A DNA stretch of 64,000 nt, taken from positions 32,001 to 96,000 of the forward strand of contig DAHVQG010000007.1 in NCBI GenBank assembly GCA_027317865.1, read 5' to 3'. How positions within the stretch are numbered: position 1 is the stretch's first letter; every line of letters starts with the position of its first letter. This document shows, piece by piece, positions 53,111-61,615 of the stretch. Below the pieces are notes generated by a model, which did no database searches, was not told where the DNA came from, and saw only the letters and a list, made by a program, of their open reading frames with translations. The DNA comes from Bdellovibrionales bacterium. Lineage in GTDB: Bacteria > Bdellovibrionota > Bdellovibrionia > Bdellovibrionales > UBA1609. The position numbers and the translations under genes are program-made.

Positions 53111-54280
53111 GTGACAAAATGCGTCCCTCCTCGGGAAGTTAGACATTTTTATAAAACGTCCAAAGCTTAGACGGTTTTGGATTTTTACGAAGCAAATTGA
53201 AGACTTGGTGTCGACGTAACGGGTCGGCACGTGGTTTGTACAGGTTAAAGGTATGGGAGACCCGCAATTTGAGGAAGAAATAGGCGGGTCGCCCTAAGCG
53301 AGGGCGTTATGAAAGAACAAAGCCGAAAGACGCTGAGCTTAAAGCTAGCGGGATTCGCGGTTGTCGCATTAGCGATTGCTAGCCTTGCGGCATTTACGAC
53401 AGCTTGTTCAAAAAGTGTGGGGGGCGCGAATAATAGCAATAATAATGGAGCCGCCGATCCTACCTCGCCGACGTCAACGACTGTAGTCGTACCGACGCAA
53501 ACGGTTTTGGACGGAACCGGCGGGGCTCAAGCTCCGTTAACTTTGAACAGCCTAACGGCACTTAATGAGTACCTAGTAGGTGGGAGCGCGGCGAATCTAG
53601 ATGCCGTAAGCGCAGCCGTCGGCGTGAACCTTGTGAAACTGGCCACACTCAGCAACGGTGCGGGCGGTTATGACTACGAATTTGGCGGAGCCGTTACCAT
53701 TGCATTTACCGGCATCGACGGCGGCGGCCCTACGTATGTTGAAGATTACAACTCACACATGCAGGGTAATCCGAACACCGTTAATTCAGATGTACAAAAC
53801 AATGAATATAATTTGGTTTCCGTGCAATATCCGGCTTCAGGTTCATATCCAGGTCAATTGCCGGCCTATCATGGATTTTTTCAGAGCCTCACCTACTGCA
53901 TAATGGGTAATGGCTCATCTACATATGCCTTGTCTCCCGGTCAACCATGTGACGGCGAAATGGTCGGCAGCGCGGTTATTCTCGTCATGGACCAAATGGG
54001 ATTTAACGCAGACGGCGAGGGTGCTACGACAGCAAGCGGCTCCGTATGGTTTTACAATTTCACGACGGGTAACGGTGCCGCACCATTGCCCGACACGAGT
54101 TGCTGGTTTAGCACGCTCGTCCCCTATCAATGCGGTTCATTCTTCAACGGCGGTGATTCGATCCAAACGAAGAGTTCGCTCTACCCGACAGTAACGTATC
54201 TTCCCGATGGCTCAACAGTCACTTACACGGAACTTGGCACATTCACCGGCATGAATTTAAACGAAGCTTTGAACGGACAA
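53111..54280 (+). repeat. Copy 2 of the ~1.17-kb duplication
   Basis: Colinear with 45964-47128, including about 200 bp of upstream non-coding DNA. Confidence 0.93.
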
Positions 54281-54289
54281 CTGCCATGA
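53309..54289 (+). CDS. Orphan lipoprotein (paralog B of 46163..47137)
   Basis: Long identical blocks (GVNLVKLATLSNGAGGYDYEFGGAVTIAFT; PYQCGSFFNGGDSIQTKSSLYPTVT) alternate with divergent segments. Confidence 0.88.
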   Translation: MKEQSRKTLSLKLAGFAVVALAIASLAAFTTACSKSVGGANNSNNNGAADPTSPTSTTVVVPTQTVLDGTGGAQAPLTLNSLTALNEYLVGGSAANLDAVSAAVGVNLVKLATLSNGAGGYDYEFGGAVTIAFTGIDGGGPTYVEDYNSHMQGNPNTVNSDVQNNEYNLVSVQYPASGSYPGQLPAYHGFFQSLTYCIMGNGSSTYALSPGQPCDGEMVGSAVILVMDQMGFNADGEGATTASGSVWFYNFTTGNGAAPLPDTSCWFSTLVPYQCGSFFNGGDSIQTKSSLYPTVTYLPDGSTVTYTELGTFTGMNLNEALNGQLP

Positions 54290-54522
54290 ATGAAGAGCGA
54301 AACTTAACCTAAGTACGGTGGGGCATAAAATAAAAATTATGTATATGATCTCGGCTAATGCCGAAATTGCCCAATTTTAATTGAGGATTAATACGATTCA
54401 ATATGCACTCACGAATTTGTTATTCCCGCGGATTAGCGTGTTTCTGCGTTCTGTACTAGACAAACAAATAGATTTTAGGTTGTTTAGAAAATCTTCAGGT
54501 ATACCGAAAATATCAGGTCTCT

Positions 54523-57381
54523 ATGACCAAACAAATTGAATTTAATCCTACTCCAGAGCAAAAAGCGGCAATTGACCACTTTGAGGGTCCTGCTGTCGTA
54601 TTTGCTGGACCGGGTTCGGGTAAAACTGAAGTTATTGTTAGACGTGTAGTGGCGCTGGTTACCACACGAGGCGTCAAGGCCGATCAGATATTTTTGACGA
54701 CATTTACAAACAAAGCGGCTGATGAGCTTCGAGTTCGGTTGGCGCAAGTTTTACGTGAAACATTGCCCGAGGCCGAAGCCGACAGAATTGCGTCGAAAGT
54801 CAACGTCGGGACCATACATTCAATGTGTTACCGAGTGTTGCGCGAATTTGGATTCAAATACGAGGCCACAGCAAAACCAGTTATGCCCGCCACAGAAGAT
54901 GATCAAATTTTATTTCTGAATCGCTTTTACAATGAGTTTGGACTTAAAAAATTTTACGAGGACACCAAAGAATTTTGGAAGAACGAGGGATTCAAAGACC
55001 CTTTCAGTAATTTTATTACCGGGTTAACTACAGCTTTAAATACGATTTCTGAAGAGTGCGACGACCCGGAAACAGTTCTACCGCAACTCGTGTCCGCTTC
55101 AAAAGACGAAGTGATGCGCGGTTGTTTTGAAGTTTACCTCAAATACCGCGCAAAGATGAAGAGTCTCAATCGCGTTGACCAAAGTATGGTTTTAAATCAC
55201 GTCGGGGCAATATTGCGTGAACACTCGGAGACTGCGAGGCACGTGCGTGAGACTTGGCCTTTCATTCTTGTGGATGAATACCAAGATACAAGTCCGTTGC
55301 AAGATAAGATATTCGGTCTAATCTACTGTCCTGGGTCCAACATTATGGCCGTCGGTGACGACGATCAATCCATTTATCGATTCCGAAACGCGGAGCCAAA
55401 ATTATTTTTGACATTCACAGAACGATTTGGGGTGAGAGCAGACCACCGATATGTCCTTGCCGAGAATAGGCGAGCTACCCCAAGTCTCGTCGATTTTTCG
55501 AAAAAATTCATTGAAAAAAACAAAAACAGAAAATCGAAAGATTTGCGCGCAGCTAAAGATAATCCATCGGGCAATTCTCCAATTTATTTTCAGTCTAACG
55601 ATAAGGGGCAGGCAGGTCTGGCTGTCAGTTGGATAAAGGAACTTAGGTCTTCTGGCAAAATCCCAAATTTTCGAAATGCCGCGATAATTACATTTTCAGT
55701 AGGTCATTTTGCATACGACGTGCAGTCTCATTGCCACTCGCTGGGAATTCCATACCGTATCGAATCGGATAAAGCGTTTTTGAAACATCCAACGCTCAAA
55801 GGTTTTATTGATTTATTGGACGCCGCTCAATCAACCGAGCCACCGACGCCGGGCAAGTTGAATTCAAGAAGCAAGCTTAGAAAAGCTTATGATGCCTTCG
55901 GAAAAACTGGATGTTCTAAGGATGAAATTGTTCGTGATCTTTCATACTGGCAACATCGGCTTGCTCATGCAGAAAGAAGCGATAATCTTTTAAAACTCTT
56001 TTACGCGTTCATTGATCGATATAAATTAATCGGTCGCGAAACGGTATCCGAAACCATGAAAGCACTCGGACAGTTTAGCGTCTTGGTTGCAAAATTCGAA
56101 GAGGGGCGCCGATCAACGGCGTTTCAGCCACCGACCACTATGCTGGATGGAGCCGATGCAGTTGAAGAGCCGTTATCACCATCAGATCAAAAGGCTCTTG
56201 AAAATGTAAAAGAAACTTTTCCGCCGGATTGGCTCAGTCGTCGTGCGAACAGATTTATTCGTTACCTTAGTATGCTGAATCTTTCCAATGAGCCAGAGGA
56301 GCTTGAAGATTATTTGCTCGTAACTACTATTCATAAAGCCAAGGGGTTAGAATTTGATGCCGTCGCTATACTGGGTGTTGATTCTTGGTGCTTTCCGGGC
56401 GATCCTTCTCCGGGCCTTCGCGACAAAGTACGGTTCGAACTTAATGGTCACTCTTACAAGAACTCTGATGTAATTGAAGAAAAGCGTCGACTTTTATACG
56501 TCGCGATGACGCGAGCGCGGCGATCACTTCTGCTTACGGCAGGCGAGAAACAAACGTCTCCATTCATAGCCGAGGCGGATTTAGAATCACTTGGTTCAGA
56601 ACAAATTTTAGAAAATCTACCACATATTTATGCGCCAAAGCAAAAGCGAGAGCTAGAAATACTAAGACTAAGTCACGGTCAGGTAACAAGCTACCTTGAG
56701 TGCCCAAAGCGGTACTTGCTTGAACATCATTATGACTTTCAAGGTCTCGCAACGCCGGCATTGCGCTTAGGTCATGCTTTGCACCGGGCAATTGAAAATG
56801 CGCACCGGTGGCAAATGGAACAGAATCAACCATTAGATGAAACACTTCTGAAGACCATCTTCGCTCAAACTTGGCCGCTGCCAAAGAAAACGAAAGACGA
56901 CTTTCTTCAGTATTCAGATTATGAAAAAACTTTTTTAAACTACTTTACGCATAACAACAAGCTGCAAAGGCAGGTTGTAACAGTAGAGAGCGATCTTGCC
57001 GTTGTCAGGTCATCAAATATTCTGACGGGCAAAATAGATGTGCTTCAATCGCAGAAAGAGAAACCAATTATTGTTGAAATTAAGCTTAATTATAACCGAC
57101 AGAATCTTGAACATGCAAAACAACAACTCAATCATTATGCCTTAGCCTTTCCGGACCAAGAAGTTGATTTGAAAGCTCAATTTCTTCGGGGGCGAAAGTT
57201 TGAAGAAGAAATTGAACGCCGGGATAAAAACGAAGTCAAAGAACAGGTGGCCGAGGTATTTGGGCGAGTGCGGGAACAAAACTTTAAACCAAATCCAAAA
57301 AAAGATAAGTGTTCAAACTGTCGGATGAACAAAATATGTTGCGAGGGCCGTGAGTTGTTGCGGCCGGCAAGGGCTGCTTAG
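54523..57381 (+). CDS. UvrD/PcrA-type SF1 helicase fused to a C-terminal PD-(D/E)XK nuclease with four-Cys motif
   Basis: Helicase: AGPGSGKT, TFTNKAA, VDEYQD, VGDDDQSIYRFR, TIHKAKGLEF, YVAMTRA. Nuclease: CPKRY, G.ALH, GKID, VEIK, QL.HY, CSNC.....C. Confidence 0.92.
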   Translation: MTKQIEFNPTPEQKAAIDHFEGPAVVFAGPGSGKTEVIVRRVVALVTTRGVKADQIFLTTFTNKAADELRVRLAQVLRETLPEAEADRIASKVNVGTIHSMCYRVLREFGFKYEATAKPVMPATEDDQILFLNRFYNEFGLKKFYEDTKEFWKNEGFKDPFSNFITGLTTALNTISEECDDPETVLPQLVSASKDEVMRGCFEVYLKYRAKMKSLNRVDQSMVLNHVGAILREHSETARHVRETWPFILVDEYQDTSPLQDKIFGLIYCPGSNIMAVGDDDQSIYRFRNAEPKLFLTFTERFGVRADHRYVLAENRRATPSLVDFSKKFIEKNKNRKSKDLRAAKDNPSGNSPIYFQSNDKGQAGLAVSWIKELRSSGKIPNFRNAAIITFSVGHFAYDVQSHCHSLGIPYRIESDKAFLKHPTLKGFIDLLDAAQSTEPPTPGKLNSRSKLRKAYDAFGKTGCSKDEIVRDLSYWQHRLAHAERSDNLLKLFYAFIDRYKLIGRETVSETMKALGQFSVLVAKFEEGRRSTAFQPPTTMLDGADAVEEPLSPSDQKALENVKETFPPDWLSRRANRFIRYLSMLNLSNEPEELEDYLLVTTIHKAKGLEFDAVAILGVDSWCFPGDPSPGLRDKVRFELNGHSYKNSDVIEEKRRLLYVAMTRARRSLLLTAGEKQTSPFIAEADLESLGSEQILENLPHIYAPKQKRELEILRLSHGQVTSYLECPKRYLLEHHYDFQGLATPALRLGHALHRAIENAHRWQMEQNQPLDETLLKTIFAQTWPLPKKTKDDFLQYSDYEKTFLNYFTHNNKLQRQVVTVESDLAVVRSSNILTGKIDVLQSQKEKPIIVEIKLNYNRQNLEHAKQQLNHYALAFPDQEVDLKAQFLRGRKFEEEIERRDKNEVKEQVAEVFGRVREQNFKPNPKKDKCSNCRMNKICCEGRELLRPARAA

Positions 57382-57407
57382 ATCAATTCGCACAAAGAGG
57401 GTTCCAA

Positions 57408-58406
57408 GTGGCTTTCAGACAGATTGATGAACCGCTACGAGACGACGAAAAATCCCGCTTTGTAAGACTAGATGGGATCACTCCACAACGAGCCCCCAAG
57501 GACGAGCTTAAAGGATTAGATTTTGACACAATGTTATTCGTTGGTTCTGGAGCAATTGACGGCGGATGGCAACCAATCAGGCAACTTTGTACCGAAATAA
57601 TTGACGGTAGATTTCTGGGGCTCGTCGATTATGGGACTAATAATTGCTACTTCTAAAATGAACCTTATGACCACTTTCTAACCTCGATTGCGTTCATGGA
57701 AACTTCGCTCAGGTCACGCTTCGCGCGCGCACTTCGAGAATCTAATTTTTCTGAAAGTCAGTCGTTTAAGATGTATTCAAATGCTGTGTCTACAAGAGAG
57801 AAAATGGCTGAAATTTTTAGAGCCGAGAAATCACTCCAATTGCGCAGTCTGGACCAACTTGAGCACGGGATCGATCTAGATCGGACTATTGTTGTTACAT
57901 CGAATTGGGACGACTGCGTTTGGTCCGATAAAAGATTTAAGCACTTAATCTACTTACATGGCCACTGCAAAATAAAAAACTCAATTGTTTTGCCTACTCA
58001 GTTTGTAACAGATGAATACCCATTGAAATATTGGATTGACCTACAATATAAAAATAGCAGCTACGAAGCGCGAGTTGCTTTGGGCAACGTGAAATTGATT
58101 TCGGGCTGGCTTAAGGTTATACCGGATCTTCCTAGGGGCGATGAGCAAGATGTTCAACTTGAACTGAGTTACGCACACGATCTACTTCGCGAGGTGATCT
58201 CGTGCGGAAAACTAAAGCGTATGTTAATTTGGGGTTACGGTTTTAATTTGTATGATGCCGAAGTTAATCTTTTACTGACACTTGCGAGTCAAATGTACAA
58301 TCCGAAAATAGAAATTATAAATCCAGATCCCACGGTCTTGCTGAAGGCGGCGCAGGTGTTAGCAGTTCCAATAAACAACATCGGTTATCATCACCCATCA
58401 AAATAA
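57408..58406 (+). pseudogene. SIR2-like domain gene interrupted by an in-frame TAA (57654-57656)
   Basis: ORFs 57408..57656 and 57696..58406 share a frame. LFVGSG lies before the stop; VTSNWD, YLHG, WGYGF..YD and INPD lie after it. Confidence 0.72.
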
Positions 58407-58451
58407 AATGCCGAAGAGTATGGTTGGTGCGACGATTGATCAGAATGACGC

Positions 58452-58679
58452 TTATTCCGCCTCTAAATCCACCAGATTTTTGAGCGGAACTCCAATTGTA
58501 TTAGCAATTCGCGCTAACGTATAAATTTCTGGACTGGTGAGGCCATTTTCAATTTTACTCATTGTTCCACGTGAAAATTCACCTTCGAGATAGACCCTGT
58601 CCTGACTATACCCTTGTTGCTTGCGAATTTTAGCGATATGAGCGCCGAGTTTTTTTAGAAATTGTTTCTTTTTCACCAT
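58452..58679 (-). CDS. XRE-family HTH transcriptional regulator
   Basis: LG..IAKIRKQQGYSQ..SRGTMSKIENG...P...TL.RIA...GVPL..L. Confidence 0.88.
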   Translation of the reverse strand: MVKKKQFLKKLGAHIAKIRKQQGYSQDRVYLEGEFSRGTMSKIENGLTSPEIYTLARIANTIGVPLKNLVDLEAE

Positions 58680-58957
58680 GTAACAATCGTGCCGGATAAT
58701 AAATTGCCATCTCTTCCTATAGGAAGGTATTGTTTAAGCATTCATTGATTTTGCACAAGAATGGTAATTTGAAAGGTGGTCATCTATTAGAGACTTATTT
58801 GTACCATCCGGCCTGAATAAACGGGCCTTGATCAGTTAAGACAATCTACGTTAAGCGGATGATCACCGGGGTCGCGGACTCGAAAAAAGCATGCAACATT
58901 CCCATGGGTTTGTGACCGAAATATGTAAGTTCAAATTAATTAGACCGAGGGAGGAGA

Positions 58958-60169
58958 ATGCCAAAAACACTAAAGCAAAAAATAAAAGCGCTAAAACTAA
59001 AGGACACAAAAATATTAAGCGACGTCGAACACGCCGAGTTCATAAAAGACGTAAGAACTTCGGTAAGCCAAAGCGAGCCGCCGGATGATTCCTTTTGGAG
59101 TAATGATGATTGGAATGTCGACGTTGAGGTTGGATTTCCTAAACGAATTATAACACTCGACATTGAAACTTTCGGGCGCATTGATCCTCGAACAGATGCT
59201 ATGCCAAAGGTGGGAGTCATTGGTATAAAAGCATTTGAATTCGTGAATTCACGCAAGGGGTATATTGCTAAGGACTATCTATGCTATAACGATCAGGAAA
59301 TCGGACATGCAGAAAAAGTCCTTAAGCGCACGAAATGTCCGATCCTGGGTTATAACCTTTTTAACTTTGACTACCGAGTCTTAAACTCTTTTTTCAGTGT
59401 AAGCGATTTAATTCCGAGAACTGTTGATTTGCTTTGGTATTTTGCATCGCGGGCGAAGAGTTGTCGGCGGGCTTTACAAGGCTATTCGTTAAATGCCATG
59501 TCGCAATTAAATTTGAAAAAAAGGAAATTGACGAGTTCCGAAACCGTTCCTGAACTGTTGGCCCAGGGTAAGATCGGCCTAGTCAAGAAGCACAACGAAC
59601 GTGATCTTGATCTCACGTTCTTGCTTTGGCACAAATACTTGGCCAGGAATTGGCTGATAATTTGCCCTCCGTTAATTTCGTATGATCGTTTGCCGTTATT
59701 AGAATCAGATGTCCCATTTCTTGTTGGTCAGCAACCGATGTTAACGGCGGAGCAATGGCCCGCATTTGTAAAAGCTCGCGCCACCGGAAATTTTTTTAAG
59801 AGCCGAAGCGATCGCGACAAGGGGGGCATAATTCTTGTTTGTGACCCGGAATTCGAAATGACGGGCGTGCATCGCGAATTCGGTGAAATCGGTAACATTG
59901 AATACAAAATGTACTACCTGTTCTGTGCGGTATGCGGTTGGAATGTCACTTTGCTGTCTTTAGCTGATCGTCGAGATTACCTACGGTCGAAAGTCTACCT
60001 TCCGTGTCCTCTATGCCATCCAGAGCTTAAATCAGTGTATGAAGAGGCGGGTTTAACGGTGGGACGCAGATACTCCAAAGGGCTGAAATGTCCAATTAGG
60101 GGAGGCGCGGCCGACAAAAAATATTTAATGCACTTAGTTCGAAGAAGCCTGCGTGAATTGACCACGTAA
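58958..60169 (+). CDS. DEDD (RNase H-like, YprB-type) 3'-5' exonuclease with C-terminal Zn-ribbon
   Basis: GGAGGAG RBS; LDIET, GYNLFNFD, HNERD; CAVC...CPLC. Confidence 0.72.
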   Translation: MPKTLKQKIKALKLKDTKILSDVEHAEFIKDVRTSVSQSEPPDDSFWSNDDWNVDVEVGFPKRIITLDIETFGRIDPRTDAMPKVGVIGIKAFEFVNSRKGYIAKDYLCYNDQEIGHAEKVLKRTKCPILGYNLFNFDYRVLNSFFSVSDLIPRTVDLLWYFASRAKSCRRALQGYSLNAMSQLNLKKRKLTSSETVPELLAQGKIGLVKKHNERDLDLTFLLWHKYLARNWLIICPPLISYDRLPLLESDVPFLVGQQPMLTAEQWPAFVKARATGNFFKSRSDRDKGGIILVCDPEFEMTGVHREFGEIGNIEYKMYYLFCAVCGWNVTLLSLADRRDYLRSKVYLPCPLCHPELKSVYEEAGLTVGRRYSKGLKCPIRGGAADKKYLMHLVRRSLRELTT

Positions 60170-60328
60170 TGGCATCAATTTTGTTGCATTTCCTTTCAAT
60201 AACATTGGTTGTTCAATTTTTTTTTAAATTCATTCCTGGCGTTGAAGCAACGGCCTAAAATGCATCGAGATGAGTGGACCAAAGTCGTAATCGATCCAGA
60301 TTCATATTTATTTTGACGATGATAATGT

Positions 60329-61276
60329 GTGGAACCGAACTACTTCATTTCAAATATTAAGCGTCTTGGAATTACTGAAGATGAGGCAAGATTTTTTGGC
60401 GATCTAAGGTTATTTTTGCAAAATGATTCAAAATTTATTTTGAGCGAAACGTTTGGGCTGTGTTCTAGAGCTCGTCAATGCATTGAGGGCTACCAGACCC
60501 ATTGTGACCGAAGCCCACTGTTTGCTTTCGATCCGGATTTATTCGGCTATGGTCAAAAAATGTTTTCTGAGGTTGTTCCAAAAAAAATGGGTCGAAAAAG
60601 AAAGCGGGACACAGAGCGCAGAGTCCCCCTAAAACACCGATACCCACTTATAGATGATGAATATGATTTTGTAGGGTTGTACTCTATTCCGAGTCCTACT
60701 AATTTCGGAAGCATTGACCTTTCACAATTTGACCTAGAAACGAAGCTCTTTCCCGATCTCATGCCGTACTGTTTCGATGTTTACGAGCCACTATTTGAAA
60801 GCACTATTGCAATTTACAGAAAAAAGATACGTCTAGCCTCGGTAGTTTATTTTGGAAAAAATTTGGTAACGTTATGGCAAAGAGCTCAGGAAGGCGACAT
60901 CGGGGCTGCCGCAGCTATTGCTCGGATTGAACGTCATGTTTTTAAATTTAATGACCTACCAGGCTCTCGCGTTTTCGCAAAATTGGCGAAAAAACCTATG
61001 CGGCCAGGAATGGCAAATAAATGGCAAATAAAGATTGATCAAGCACCGAGGCTTGGCGGAGCCTGGAAGCGGATATTGGTGATTGCCTATTGTTGGAATT
61101 CGCGATTCATTCACCTGAAGTTGAATGAGCTATTGGCAGTGCTTGTTGGCCTAGACGTTGCGGATAAGAATCTCAATTGCGATACTTTAAAGAGATTTCT
61201 ATATAGGTATGGATTCAAAAAGTCGCCCCACCGCATCCCGCCAAGAGGGAAAAAGCGAGCAATCACGAGTAGTTAA
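60329..61276 (+). CDS. Hypothetical basic protein, possible C-terminal DNA-binding helix
   Basis: 315-aa ORF co-oriented with the replication genes; no family recognised. Confidence 0.6.
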   Translation: MEPNYFISNIKRLGITEDEARFFGDLRLFLQNDSKFILSETFGLCSRARQCIEGYQTHCDRSPLFAFDPDLFGYGQKMFSEVVPKKMGRKRKRDTERRVPLKHRYPLIDDEYDFVGLYSIPSPTNFGSIDLSQFDLETKLFPDLMPYCFDVYEPLFESTIAIYRKKIRLASVVYFGKNLVTLWQRAQEGDIGAAAAIARIERHVFKFNDLPGSRVFAKLAKKPMRPGMANKWQIKIDQAPRLGGAWKRILVIAYCWNSRFIHLKLNELLAVLVGLDVADKNLNCDTLKRFLYRYGFKKSPHRIPPRGKKRAITSS

Positions 61277-61333
61277 ATAAAATCCAATTTGTCATCCTTA
61301 TTTCTTATCAAAATTCTGCCATGGTTCTGCTTT

Positions 61334-61615
61334 ATGAATTCAAAAGACGCACAACTAATCGCAGTGGATTTTGAAACCGATGACGTTCAGTTTTTCAACA
61401 AGAAGAATCGCAAGGAGCTAAGCTGGTCAGGACACCCGCGATTGGCCCAGGCAATGATTGTCAGTAATCGAGATGAAACGGCCTGCAACGCTACAGAAAA
61501 TATAAAGGACCTTTCTGTGCCAGACGGTTCTGTGATTTTGTTTCATAACGCTGCGTTTGACATTCAGGTTGGAATAAATTCGGGAGTGTGGTGTGAACAC
61601 AGTTTCAAAGTTTGA
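61334..61615 (+). CDS. Family A DNA polymerase, N-terminal part of the 3'-5' exonuclease domain
   Basis: ExoI AVDFET and ExoII FHNAAFD; ends at TGA overlapping the next ORF in the +1 frame. Confidence 0.75.
   Translation: MNSKDAQLIAVDFETDDVQFFNKKNRKELSWSGHPRLAQAMIVSNRDETACNATENIKDLSVPDGSVILFHNAAFDIQVGINSGVWCEHSFKV

Noticed and set aside
52922-53230. ORFs 52922..53170 (+) and 52949..53230 (-)
   Set aside because: They span the duplication breakpoint and copied promoter DNA, with no recognisable motifs.
57654-57656. Programmed readthrough or recoding of the SIR2 stop
   Set aside because: It is TAA, which terminates many genes in this window, and no recoding signal is visible.
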